In this document: positions 47,723-57,555 of the stretch, piece by piece
Position numbering within the stretch: the first letter of the stretch is position 1
Layout: every line of letters starts with the position of its first letter
NCBI GenBank assembly: GCA_001771575.1
Contig: MEUD01000001.1
Span: forward strand, 991,277-1,055,276
Length of the DNA: 64,000 nt
Origin: a candidate division WOR-1 bacterium RIFOXYB2_FULL_45_9
GTDB lineage: Bacteria > Margulisbacteria > WOR-1 > O2-12-FULL-45-9 > XYB2-FULL-48-7
Direction: 5' to 3'
Notes under the pieces: model-generated
What the model was told of the DNA's origin: nothing
The model's database searches: none
The model's input: only the letters and a program-made list of their open reading frames with translations
Translations under genes and position numbers: made by a program

Positions 47723-49126
47723 TTAGAATTTTAACACCCATGGTGTTTTCGCGTTCCCGACGGGAACGTAATAGAACTTGCCATTCGCCAGATTAAACGT
47801 GGCCACCGACAGATCGTTCCAACTGCCGCCGACAAAGGTGGTCAGCGCGAAGGTCTGGCCGGCGGAATCCCACTGATGCAATTGGTCGCCTTCCGTCGGG
47901 ATGATCCCAACTTCCGGCGCGGTCTTTCTTAACGGATACGGATAACCGGTCAGGTTGTATTTGTCGCCAAAATTGACAGTTGGATCGGTGACAAAGCCGC
48001 CCGCGTTTCCAACCATGGTCAGGTATTCATAGCGCGCCGTCGGGCCTTTGACCAGGTAGACGAACATCCCTTCAATGGTCTGGAAGGTATGGGCCGGCCA
48101 GCCGGTGGTCTTGGTCAAAAGCTGGTAACCCTGGCTGGTGTAATCCCAATAATGGATCTGATCGCCGGTCTGCATCTGATCGCCGATAATATTACCCAAA
48201 CTGTAATCGATCGTCCTTAACGGATAACAGATCGCGTTGTATTCGTCGCGCAGTAAAATATTGGTCTTGCCGACCGCCGGAGCGCCGGCAAAAGCGGGAA
48301 GATCATCCGGCGAGCCGCCGGTAACCGTTCCGGCATAGCCTTTATAGTAGACTTCCGGACTGCTGGTCGAGCCGACCGTCCCGACTTGAGCGTTGTGGGT
48401 CAAAGTGTAGGTGGTCGTATTAACCGTAAATGATCCAAAATGCGCCGGGTAGCCCCCCACTAAAGCGTTGCCGTCAAACACCTGGTACCAAACGTTGGGA
48501 ACAAACTCTTTTGAGTACTGCCCCCAGCCATTACCGGTCATTACAAATATTTTTGGATTAGTTCCGCCAAACTTTGCCGGGTCCCAAACCACGTTAATAT
48601 TCGAACCCGGAGCGTCTCCCTCCCTAGAGATTGTCATGCCGGAAAACTCGCCCGAAGGGACCAATCCAGCCCCTTCAACCAGTGTAGTCAGCGCCGCCGC
48701 CAGGTTCTTATAGCCGCTGTCGATGTCGGCCTGGGAAATCGCAATTGGGGTCTCGTTTATCCCCCAGCTCCGCAAAACGCCACCGACGGTAAAGTCCTTC
48801 TTTTGGGCGCCGAAATAATAAGTCGCCTGGGTCAGCGGCGTCAGTCCCAGGTCCTCTAAGGCATTGAGCGAGAAATTGCCGCTGGCGTCGGAGCTGGCGA
48901 CCGCGTAGTCAAAGGTCGGAACAAAGCCATTACTGGGCGCTTTGTAAAAGTAGAGCTTAAAGCCGTCCAGGGCCGGCGGAAGGGAGCTCGCGTCCTTTTG
49001 CAGGGCCCCGTTGACCCAGTAAGCGGCCGGGTAAGGGGTCGGTGACTGGGCGGCGAAAGAGACCGCCCCCGGCAGAAGAACTGCCGCCACCAACACCGCG
49101 AATAATATTTTAACCGACTTTGCCAT
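47723..49126 (-). CDS. secreted family A protein
   Basis: YWVNG; ISREGD...VVW; H..QVG; EVYYK; APAVGK.N; terminal W motif. Confidence 0.8.
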   Translation of the reverse strand: MAKSVKILFAVLVAAVLLPGAVSFAAQSPTPYPAAYWVNGALQKDASSLPPALDGFKLYFYKAPSNGFVPTFDYAVASSDASGNFSLNALEDLGLTPLTQATYYFGAQKKDFTVGGVLRSWGINETPIAISQADIDSGYKNLAAALTTLVEGAGLVPSGEFSGMTISREGDAPGSNINVVWDPAKFGGTNPKIFVMTGNGWGQYSKEFVPNVWYQVFDGNALVGGYPAHFGSFTVNTTTYTLTHNAQVGTVGSTSSPEVYYKGYAGTVTGGSPDDLPAFAGAPAVGKTNILLRDEYNAICYPLRTIDYSLGNIIGDQMQTGDQIHYWDYTSQGYQLLTKTTGWPAHTFQTIEGMFVYLVKGPTARYEYLTMVGNAGGFVTDPTVNFGDKYNLTGYPYPLRKTAPEVGIIPTEGDQLHQWDSAGQTFALTTFVGGSWNDLSVATFNLANGKFYYVPVGNAKTPWVLKF

Positions 49127-49139
49127 TCCTAATTCCCTT

Positions 49140-50321
49140 TTATTTGACCGTTCCAGTCAGCCTGTAAGTAAGCACATTGTCATATTTGACCGTTACCTGG
49201 TAGGAGCGTCCTTTAACCAGCGCGGCGCCGGTTATCGCGGCAACGTTTGCCGCCCCGGTGTATTTGGACGAGGAGTCAATGTTCCCCGCGTTATAAACAA
49301 TTCCGGTCAGGCCGACGTGGGTCTGGGTCGTTTCATCATACCAGCCAAAGACGGTAACTGCGTCGGTATTGGCCGGGTTAACCGCGACGTAGGCGGCATT
49401 GATGCTCTTGATCAAACTGTCGACTGTTGTAACAGAAGCGGCGGTATCGTCGGTCACACCGCTGGCAAAATCAAACGGCAGAGAGATGGTGTTGATGCCG
49501 CTCTTACCAATGGGCTTGGTCAGGTTGTACACAATGGTGATCGGACCGCCGCCGACCGCGGTAACCGTAGAGAAAAGTATGTCGGCCGACCATCTCGCGT
49601 CAAATGTTCCGCCCTTTTCCTTGGTCTGCGCGTTGTAGGCGTAAGCTTTTAACACATAATTTTGTCCCGCCAGAAAGTTTTCCGGATTCAATTGGAAGGT
49701 TACTTTGCCTGGAGCGCCGCTGACATCTCCCTGGGCGACGATCGGGACCTGGCCCGCAAGCCGAACTTCATAATGATATCCGGTCGCGCCGTAATAGCTC
49801 GGCGCGTAATTCCCGGTAAATGGGGCTTCCGCCTTAACTTCCAGCGTAGCGGTAATGATCGGCTTGATGGCAAGGGTAAAACCTATTTGCGACGCCAGCC
49901 CGGACGGCGGCGGCGGCGTGTCGATAATTGTCTGCAACCAGGTATTGACCGTGATATCGACCGGTTCGCCCATGGCTGTATAACCGGCCGATAAACTGAT
50001 AGTTCTGTCCTTGGCGCCGCCTGGGGCGCCGGCGTCGCTGGCCGTTAACCTCAAGGTCGCCGAGCCGGCGTTGGCGTCATTGGCCACGGTGTATGGGCCG
50101 CCCGGAGTAATACTCCCCGCGGTAATATCTCTGGATTCAGTAAAAGGAGTGGAAGAATCGGAGAAAGCAGCTTTTCCCCCGTTGGCTGGAGTTCCCGGGA
50201 CCAGATTGACCGAGTTTGTGACAATAGAGAAAAGCCTGGCCTCCGCCGGAATAACAAACAGACCGATCAGGAAAATTGCCACCACCCAACTTAATTTTTG
50301 TTTTCTTTTCATCATATTCAC
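49140..50321 (-). CDS. secreted family B protein (divergent N-terminus)
   Basis: FN3-like domain; GGGP...KSGINTISLPF...FGWYD..TQ...YQV. Confidence 0.8.
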   Translation of the reverse strand: MNMMKRKQKLSWVVAIFLIGLFVIPAEARLFSIVTNSVNLVPGTPANGGKAAFSDSSTPFTESRDITAGSITPGGPYTVANDANAGSATLRLTASDAGAPGGAKDRTISLSAGYTAMGEPVDITVNTWLQTIIDTPPPPSGLASQIGFTLAIKPIITATLEVKAEAPFTGNYAPSYYGATGYHYEVRLAGQVPIVAQGDVSGAPGKVTFQLNPENFLAGQNYVLKAYAYNAQTKEKGGTFDARWSADILFSTVTAVGGGPITIVYNLTKPIGKSGINTISLPFDFASGVTDDTAASVTTVDSLIKSINAAYVAVNPANTDAVTVFGWYDETTQTHVGLTGIVYNAGNIDSSSKYTGAANVAAITGAALVKGRSYQVTVKYDNVLTYRLTGTVK

Positions 50322-50328
50322 TCCTTCT

Positions 50329-51972
50329 TTATTGATACCCCTGAATTGACGGCGTCAGATTCCAATTTATCGGATTGACCGTTCGGGAACGATAGTAAAG
50401 CGGGGTCGCGTTGATCACATCAACGCCGGTCACCCCCGGCTGGGGAGCCCAGGTCCCGTCGGCCTTCAGGAACGAACAGGTATTAAAGCCATTGTTAAGC
50501 CGTCCATAGACCCGGTCGGCCTGTTCCCAGTTGTCGTTCTTTGTCCCAACGTCAAGCTTGATCAAATTAAGGTCCATTTGTCTCGGATAAGGGATCCCGA
50601 CAACATTCCAGTTTTGGGTGATCGTGTATGCCGATACCGTGTTAAGCGGCTTAACGTTCCCGACGATCGAAAAGACCTTGTCGGCATCGGTCGATTTGGT
50701 CAAGAGATATAAGCCCTGTTGCGGGTCGCTAATCGCCGCGTTCGCTCCGGGGACGGCGACCCAAGAATTGCCGTCGTAATAGCTGACCCGGTTCCAGCCG
50801 CTGTTTTCAAAACTGAAGATCCTAACGGAAGTCGCCGGTTCCGAACCAGGAGTGTACGCCCCCTGCTTGCCTAAGATCAAGTTTGGATCGCCCGGCAGAG
50901 CAAGGAAAGGAGAGTTAAATAAGGTCCATTTTTTGCCACCGGCAACAACCACATTGACCTTGCCGACTGCCGGAGCCGTCGCGAATACTCCGCCCTGGGC
51001 AACCGCCTTATAATATACCTCGGCATAGCCAGCCCCAACCTGTCCCTGATGGGTAATCCCATTAGCCGCTAAAGTAAATTCACCCGTATAAGCCGACTCA
51101 ATCGCGCCATTTTCATATACTTTTACCCAATTAGTTGGAGCATCGGTATAAACCCCAACCCCAGAGCCGGTCAGCATCCAAATTGCCGGGTTGTTAATCA
51201 TAAGAGGAGCCCAGCTAATGGTCGTTGAGGCGTTCAGGCCATCTCCGTCGCGTTCAATGTACAGCCCGGTATCAACAATTCCGCCCCCCTTGAGCGCGAA
51301 GTTGACCCAGGAGACTTTGGTTGGGCTAACAGCAGTGGATTTTGTTGCGGGATCGTAACTTGAGGCAACTGCTGTAACACCATGGTCATTACCGGTATTA
51401 AATGTTTGGCTAAATAAATATACGCCATTGGCGCCAGTAGTGGTAGCCGCGCCGTCCGGCAATTCGGACATACCCGCGCCGGCGATCATTTGTTTGGTCG
51501 CTTCACTGGAAACATATCCGGCGATCATCCCACCGCTGAAATCATTTGGTCCTCCACCGGTCACCAAACTCAAGTCGACATCAATATACCCTTTATCCCA
51601 ATTTACCGAAGCAATCTCGGCGGTCCCCATATTTAAAGGCGGGGTAGAAGATCCCCAATGCCTGACAATTGCCATGATAAATACAGGCTTGCCGTCAACC
51701 TCAAGCCAATTTTCTTTTTGATGAAAATATTTTAATTCATAAATATTGAACTTGAACGTTCCGTCACTATTAACTGTAACCTGAAGATTATTGACAGTGC
51801 TACCGTAATCATTGTTAAACACAATTAATTTTCTGGTATCAGTTGCGGTCCAATTGTTAATTTTCCCATTAACCCAATAGAAAGGCATCGTCGGCGCCTG
51901 CGGGTCGGCCGCGAAGGTAGCGCCGGTTATAGCCGCTACCGCAATCATCATTATGATAAACTTTTTAATCAA
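50329..51972 (-). CDS. secreted family A protein with inserted carboxypeptidase-regulatory-like domain
   Basis: YWVNG; IAGYV....KQMIAGA...TTGANGVY insertion; IERDGD..ISW; HQGQVG; EVYYKA; APAVGKVN. Confidence 0.8.
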   Translation of the reverse strand: MIKKFIIMMIAVAAITGATFAADPQAPTMPFYWVNGKINNWTATDTRKLIVFNNDYGSTVNNLQVTVNSDGTFKFNIYELKYFHQKENWLEVDGKPVFIMAIVRHWGSSTPPLNMGTAEIASVNWDKGYIDVDLSLVTGGGPNDFSGGMIAGYVSSEATKQMIAGAGMSELPDGAATTTGANGVYLFSQTFNTGNDHGVTAVASSYDPATKSTAVSPTKVSWVNFALKGGGIVDTGLYIERDGDGLNASTTISWAPLMINNPAIWMLTGSGVGVYTDAPTNWVKVYENGAIESAYTGEFTLAANGITHQGQVGAGYAEVYYKAVAQGGVFATAPAVGKVNVVVAGGKKWTLFNSPFLALPGDPNLILGKQGAYTPGSEPATSVRIFSFENSGWNRVSYYDGNSWVAVPGANAAISDPQQGLYLLTKSTDADKVFSIVGNVKPLNTVSAYTITQNWNVVGIPYPRQMDLNLIKLDVGTKNDNWEQADRVYGRLNNGFNTCSFLKADGTWAPQPGVTGVDVINATPLYYRSRTVNPINWNLTPSIQGYQ

Positions 51973-52069
51973 CCTAATTCTCCTAATTTATCCTCAAACT
52001 CGCTAAGCGTGAGCCACACCTTCCACTCCCCTCTGCCTCTTGCCTTCTCCTATTTACCCAATCCCCACT

Positions 52070-53317
52070 CTACGGACCGTTCTTGATAATAATGGTCGTC
52101 TTTGAACTCGACGGCCACAAATTCGTCGCCGGATCTTTCCCAATATAAACCTGATAGCCGACGTTCGGTTCGAGCTTAAGCGCGATGAGGGCGGCCTTGG
52201 CCGTCCCATCCGGGTCGTTATTCGGGATCATGATGCCGGCATCAACTTGCTGGTTCGGATCCCATTTGCCAAAAGTAGAAATAAATTTCTTGCCAGTATT
52301 TTTTCCTGCTACGATATTCACTACCTTTATTAAATCGTATGCCGTTTCAATTTTGCCCAGGCTATTCCCATCAACGTCCGTAGCAAACCATGTTCCGGTC
52401 ATGGTATTTGCCGGCATCGGCATGGCAAAGAAGTTAAAACCAGATTTATTAGTTACAACTTCAAAGGTTATCGGATATGTAAGCGGACCGCCGCCAAGCG
52501 CCGTCCCTGAATACGCGTAGTCTTTCGGATCGCTCCACTTATCGGCAAAACTATTGCCGTGCATTACCCTAAAAGTATAAATCTTTCCCGGTTTTAATGT
52601 CCCGTCCGGCAGACTAAGAGTTTTGCTCGCCAAATCACCAGGGGCTGTTTTTTTGTCGCTGGTTCCTTTTTCCGTGTATTCCCAGCTCTGCCTGGTAATT
52701 TCACGAACACCCTGCCCCGCTCCAGGCGCGGGCTGGGCGGAATAAACTTTAACCGAACCGCTGGTCGTATCAGGTTGGACCAACCAGGAGAGGGTGGTAT
52801 CAAACTGGGTTATAAACGGAATGAATGGCTCGTCGGCCTGATAAGTCGTGCTAAAAGAAACATTCAGCTTTACTGGCGGCGCCGGCGGATTGGGGACCGA
52901 AACCGCCTGATTGTTATAAAAAGCGCCCTGGATGGGAGCGACTGAATTCCAAACCCTGACATAATAAGCGCCGGCGGGAACTTTATAATAATAATCGAAT
53001 TCCCCTGCCTGGGTAATTCCCAAGTTTTCATTGTCTTTTCCAACCGTCGTATTATCAGAAGTTAACAGCGATTGGCCGGTGGCTAAAAACCCGGAATTGT
53101 TTCTGTCGGGAGGGGCCACAGATCCCTTGATCAACTGAACAAGACTGCCAACTTTGACCAGCGCGCCGGTTTCGGTAGTAACGCTATAACCAGGAAGAGT
53201 TGTGTCGGTCCAGGTAGTGAAAGTCACGCCATTATCTTCAGCCAGCGCCAAGCCTGCGGAGAGAGCGATAAAAAGAAATAATGCCCCTATCCTAATTTTA
53301 ATTTTTCTCCTGTTCAT
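52070..53317 (-). CDS. secreted family B protein
   Basis: LVQLIKG...YYVRVWN; YTFRV FN3-like motif; KSGFNFFAMP...FGKWD..QQ...YQV. Confidence 0.8.
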   Translation of the reverse strand: MNRRKIKIRIGALFLFIALSAGLALAEDNGVTFTTWTDTTLPGYSVTTETGALVKVGSLVQLIKGSVAPPDRNNSGFLATGQSLLTSDNTTVGKDNENLGITQAGEFDYYYKVPAGAYYVRVWNSVAPIQGAFYNNQAVSVPNPPAPPVKLNVSFSTTYQADEPFIPFITQFDTTLSWLVQPDTTSGSVKVYSAQPAPGAGQGVREITRQSWEYTEKGTSDKKTAPGDLASKTLSLPDGTLKPGKIYTFRVMHGNSFADKWSDPKDYAYSGTALGGGPLTYPITFEVVTNKSGFNFFAMPMPANTMTGTWFATDVDGNSLGKIETAYDLIKVVNIVAGKNTGKKFISTFGKWDPNQQVDAGIMIPNNDPDGTAKAALIALKLEPNVGYQVYIGKDPATNLWPSSSKTTIIIKNGP

Positions 53318-53335
53318 TTAATAAACCTCCTAATT

Positions 53336-54643
53336 TTACTTTAACAAGGGATCAAATTCCCATTGTAATGGACCAACGGCCGCCTTGCTCCGGTTATACC
53401 AGAATCCCCCGGCGGCGTCAAAATCAAACATTGTCGTTCCCGTCCAGGATCCCGACTGCCTGATAAGCTTCAACAGGCTTCGATTATAAAGCTCGTCCCC
53501 ATCCGCACCCCCATAAGCGTTGGTAAATCCCGCGTTGGCGACCGGCCTGGTAACACAAGAGCTATTACCGATCCTAAGGAAGCCGGCCGAAACGGAATAA
53601 ACTACCTTTTGGGTTGGAACATCTCCGACAAACGTCACCTTTTTAGCGGCGCCGATCATATTGACGTAAAATCCTTCGCCAAGATCAATAGCCATTGCTT
53701 TGTTCCAGGCGTTGTTAACGTATATTGCTTTATCAAGGTTTGCTTTATAAACCTCATCACCGGTGGAGCTATTGGGTGTCAATTGGCCGCCGATAACAGC
53801 CGAAATGTCCGCGCCCCCCTGCGAGTTCATCGGCATGGCGACCAGGTTCCACCCCTTATTTAAATCAATATTAAATTTACCGACCGCCCAGGCGGACTCT
53901 AAGATTGAAGCCCCATTATACAGGTCGTCCTTAACCTTATCCTTCCACATCGCCTTGTAATAATATTCGGTCGCTCCGCCGCCAACCTGTTGGGTATGCA
54001 GGTAATCCTTCCCGTTGACATTTTTTACCAAACTGGAAGTTATGTCGACCCAATCGGTTTTCGCATTATCAAACGCTCCGCCGCCGGCAGCTTTATTGAG
54101 CCCGAAGATCTTTGGCGGTTTTTGGTCGGCCGTTAATTCATCATCGTTCCAGGTCAATTTAATGTCGTTGCCGGACCGGGAAATAAACAACTGGACCGCG
54201 CCGGGGAGGGGAAGGACCGGACCCTGATCGTATTCAAGGGTAAAGTCAACAACTTCAAAGCCTTGGCCGGTTATTTTGACCTCTTTGGGGTTGGCGCCGT
54301 ACTTATCAATTGGGTCTTTCGCCACCGCGGCATAATACGTCGCCGTTGGGTCGATCGGCAAAGAAGCGTGGTTGTAAATATTGAGCATATATGACGCCGT
54401 TCCCATTACTGGTTGAACATTGCCATACGGAGCGGTTGAAACATAGGCTCCGGGCAAAACCTTATAAAATACTACTTGTCTGCTCCCCCATACCGTTGAA
54501 GCCGCGGGGTTCGTCGAATGCATCGTTAAGGTTCCCCTAAGCCAGTACATGGCGTTAAATACCGGCGGCGGCTCCACCGCAAAGGCGGGGAGGGCCGCAA
54601 AAGAGGTAAGTAACAGTAATAATATTAAGCTGAACTTCTTCAC
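53336..54643 (-). CDS. secreted family A protein
   Basis: YWLRG; ISRSG.DIKLTW; HTQQVG; EYYYKA; AVGKFN..L.KGWNLV.MP. Confidence 0.8.
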   Translation of the reverse strand: MKKFSLILLLLLTSFAALPAFAVEPPPVFNAMYWLRGTLTMHSTNPAASTVWGSRQVVFYKVLPGAYVSTAPYGNVQPVMGTASYMLNIYNHASLPIDPTATYYAAVAKDPIDKYGANPKEVKITGQGFEVVDFTLEYDQGPVLPLPGAVQLFISRSGNDIKLTWNDDELTADQKPPKIFGLNKAAGGGAFDNAKTDWVDITSSLVKNVNGKDYLHTQQVGGGATEYYYKAMWKDKVKDDLYNGASILESAWAVGKFNIDLNKGWNLVAMPMNSQGGADISAVIGGQLTPNSSTGDEVYKANLDKAIYVNNAWNKAMAIDLGEGFYVNMIGAAKKVTFVGDVPTQKVVYSVSAGFLRIGNSSCVTRPVANAGFTNAYGGADGDELYNRSLLKLIRQSGSWTGTTMFDFDAAGGFWYNRSKAAVGPLQWEFDPLLK

Positions 54644-54651
54644 ATTTCTCC

Positions 54652-55968
54652 CTATTTGCCGACTTCCCTGGTCATTTTAAAGTTGACGATGCTCGGCGAT
54701 ACGCTTACTTGATAAACCTTATTTTCCAGGGTTTCTGTCCCGTTCCCGGCGGTACCGACTGAACCTGTCCAAACGCCGCTGGAGATGGTATACCCTTCCA
54801 TTCTCTGGGAGCTATTGACGTCTTTATTCCACCAGCCGACCGATTTTACGGCGGCCCCGCCGGCAAAAGTATTGATCGCGTCAACTAATCCTTTGACCGT
54901 CTTAGCGGTCAGTTCGGTGCTGGTCAAAGTCTCTCCCTGTTTTGTGTAAAAGATCGTCTTGGTCGGATCAAGAGTAAACTCGAATTGGTTGACCCCCAGG
55001 TCGGCGGTCTTGACAAGATTAAGGACCATTGATTCTCCGGCCACGCCGCCCCCCTCGCCTATGACCGCGACCTTGAAGGGGATCGCGGGACTAGGCGTGT
55101 TGCCAAAATAGTTGACCGCCACGACCCTGGCGTAATAAGTCGCATTCGTGTCGCTGAAGAAAGTCTTATCCGGATCGTTGGTTTTATCCAGCGTATAGGA
55201 TGTCTCATCCAGCTGAATTTTATAAGGGGGGTTTTGCGAGAACGTCGCGTCCCCTTTATTAATTTGCAGCATATAAGACTTTAACGTCCCATCCCCCTTG
55301 ACCTGGATATTGCCGTTCGCTCCCGTCGTTCCATCTTTCCACGTGAAAGAGAGTTGCGAAACCTTCGCTTCTGTCCCTTCGGGATAAAGGTCCTTATTGG
55401 TCGACTCGACTTGTTTAATTAAAGTTATATCAGGAGAATACGGTTTGTCGGCCTTGTAAAGGGTAAAACTCGAGAAAGTTAAATCAACCGGGACCGGATC
55501 ACCCGATGACCAAAAAGATTGTGGCGCCGAATTTCCATAATAACCATCAGTAGTCCAGTATCTAACGTAATAATTTGTGCTGATCGAATGATCAAATTGG
55601 TTTTTTACCGCGAACCCGCCGTTCCCGGCGCCGTAACCAGTAAAATCGCCAACTTTCCCCTTAACCGCTTGATTCAATAATGTCGCGTTATTTGGGTCCT
55701 TGAAAATCGCGTAAGCATCAGTCCCGGATAACGCCTGGGTCGAATCATTGGCAACAGCGGTCGGCGGGTTACTTGGGGACCCTTTGATAAACTGGACAAA
55801 ACCGGCACCTTTAGCGATAACGCTGGCGTTATAATTTTTCAGTGTTGAGTCCGGCACGATTATCCCGATGTTTTGCAGGTTCGCGAAAGCGAGTGAAGAA
55901 GAGAGCGCAATAAATACCGCCGCCATCACCACCACCCTTAGAAATCTATTTATTATCATAATTATCAT
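54652..55968 (-). CDS. secreted family B protein
   Basis: FVQFIKG...YYVRYW; YYARVVAVNYFG FN3 motif; LGVNQF...VGWWN...YQV. Confidence 0.8.
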   Translation of the reverse strand: MIIMIINRFLRVVVMAAVFIALSSSLAFANLQNIGIIVPDSTLKNYNASVIAKGAGFVQFIKGSPSNPPTAVANDSTQALSGTDAYAIFKDPNNATLLNQAVKGKVGDFTGYGAGNGGFAVKNQFDHSISTNYYVRYWTTDGYYGNSAPQSFWSSGDPVPVDLTFSSFTLYKADKPYSPDITLIKQVESTNKDLYPEGTEAKVSQLSFTWKDGTTGANGNIQVKGDGTLKSYMLQINKGDATFSQNPPYKIQLDETSYTLDKTNDPDKTFFSDTNATYYARVVAVNYFGNTPSPAIPFKVAVIGEGGGVAGESMVLNLVKTADLGVNQFEFTLDPTKTIFYTKQGETLTSTELTAKTVKGLVDAINTFAGGAAVKSVGWWNKDVNSSQRMEGYTISSGVWTGSVGTAGNGTETLENKVYQVSVSPSIVNFKMTREVGK

Positions 55969-55976
55969 TTCCTCCC

Positions 55977-57278
55977 TTAATTATCCGAGTATGTTCTTTC
56001 CCAATTTACCGTCGCTGAAGTTTTTTTCAGCGAATAATAGTACCCATTTGGAATATTAAAACCGAAGTCGGCCGGCACCGTCGGGTTGGCCGACAAATAC
56101 CATTTGCCGTCAGACTTCAAGAAAGCATTTTTCATCCCCCAGGAAGCCGGCGAATTCTTTAAATAAATCTCGTCGGCGCTTATCGGATTGGCGCCGGCGG
56201 TCGTGTTCGCGACATTTAATAGGCCCAAAGAATCGAGCGTTTTGTTTTGCGGCCAGACTACGCCAACCGCGTTAAACCCGGTTTTCATGACTATGATCTG
56301 GTTGCTTTGTGAAACATTTCCCACTGCCGTTATTTTGGCGCTGTTCGCTTTTATTGAAACTAAATAGCCTTTATCCCGACCAACAGTAAACGCGGCCGGC
56401 GTATTAACCGATGAAGACAAGTACCAGCTGCCATTGGTTTTTTGGAAAGCGTTGGTCATTCCCCAAGAAGCAGAATCTTGTTTGTAATATATTTCGTCGG
56501 CATTGATCGGACTATCCTGCTTGGTCAATTGTTGTCCGAATACATTCACAAGGGCATCCCCGCCAGTATTATATGTAAAGGGAAGAGAAACCAGGTTATA
56601 TCCTACGGCCAAGCTCATATTAACCTTCCCCACCGCCGGGGCAACCGCAAAACAGGGCTTGCCATTGTAGAGTGGGTCAGGATCGGTACAGATCGTTTGC
56701 GGGGTAACCCCGGCCTGCAAGCCAAAGTAGAACGCTTCGCCATGGTTAGAGAACCCGGACGGCACCACACTGCCGACTTGTTTGTTGTGATATAAAACGC
56801 CGGTCGCGACAGAGCCGGCATTAAACTGTCCGGCAATTGTTGAGTCGGTGTAAAGCTTCCAGGCGGCGGGATCATTTTTCTGGAACTTTCCGGACCCATC
56901 ACCGGTCAAGACATAAATTTGCGCGCCGGGAGCCTTGGTCGCCTCCCAGGTGATTTTGATATTCTCACCATCACGGGAAATATAAAGAGGGACCGTACCC
57001 CAGGGAGCCGTGTCAATCTTTGTCCCTCCGCCAAACAAACCAAAGAGGCCGGGGATAAACGTTATTGTTCCGCCGGCATCGGTCGTTTTGGGGCCCAAGG
57101 CGTCGCCAACCGCATTATATAGTTGGATAGTATTGCCGGTGTCTTGCAGTCTCGGCCCGGCGCCGTTAATGTTATCATACAGGACCGTGGTCCCGTCTTG
57201 AGATTGCAGTTCATCGGCCATGGCCAATCCAGCCATCACCAACAAAATCAAACTAATTAGGGCCCACTTTCTCTTCAT
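55977..57278 (-). CDS. secreted family A protein (start revised to MKRKWALI)
   Basis: ISRDGENIKITW; HNKQVG; APAVGKVN..L.VGYNLVSLP; internal duplication PI.ADEIY.K.S.ASWGM.NAF.K..G.WYLS. Confidence 0.8.
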   Translation of the reverse strand: MKRKWALISLILLVMAGLAMADELQSQDGTTVLYDNINGAGPRLQDTGNTIQLYNAVGDALGPKTTDAGGTITFIPGLFGLFGGGTKIDTAPWGTVPLYISRDGENIKITWEATKAPGAQIYVLTGDGSGKFQKNDPAAWKLYTDSTIAGQFNAGSVATGVLYHNKQVGSVVPSGFSNHGEAFYFGLQAGVTPQTICTDPDPLYNGKPCFAVAPAVGKVNMSLAVGYNLVSLPFTYNTGGDALVNVFGQQLTKQDSPINADEIYYKQDSASWGMTNAFQKTNGSWYLSSSVNTPAAFTVGRDKGYLVSIKANSAKITAVGNVSQSNQIIVMKTGFNAVGVVWPQNKTLDSLGLLNVANTTAGANPISADEIYLKNSPASWGMKNAFLKSDGKWYLSANPTVPADFGFNIPNGYYYSLKKTSATVNWERTYSDN

Positions 57279-57306
57279 TAATTTAAAAAGCCTTAAATTC
57301 CCTTTT

Positions 57307-57501
57307 TTAACCGACTTTTGCTTCCAGCCGATCAAGCCGCCGGTCCTGCTCCCGGTCCTTGCCGATTGCCAGCATCCGGTCTTCCCGAGCCTTGACCAAC
57401 TCATCCATTACTTTATCGAGAGTCGTCATAATCTCTCGATGGTCATCCTTGGTCGCAAAGACCTCTTTTAATTTTTCAACATCTTTATTGGTTATGGTCA
57501 T
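57307..57501 (-). CDS. small coiled-coil hypothetical protein (FATKDD motif)
   Basis: 64 aa; fills the gap between neighbours; heptad pattern. Confidence 0.65.
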   Translation of the reverse strand: MTITNKDVEKLKEVFATKDDHREIMTTLDKVMDELVKAREDRMLAIGKDREQDRRLDRLEAKVG

Positions 57502-57502
57502 T

Positions 57503-57549
57503 CCCTAATCCCCTAATTACCTAATTTCCCTAGTCACCTAATTACTTAG
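57503..57549. repeat. degenerate 8-9-bp CCTAAT-core tandem array
   Basis: CCCTAATC CCCTAATTA CCTAATTTC CCTAGTCA CCTAATTA CTTAG. Confidence 0.65.
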
Positions 57550-57555
57550 CATCCT

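Noticed and set aside
57279-57404. N-terminal extension of ORF 55977..57404 in the ORF track
   Set aside because: It overlaps the 57307..57501 gene; the signal peptide begins at the ATG at 57278
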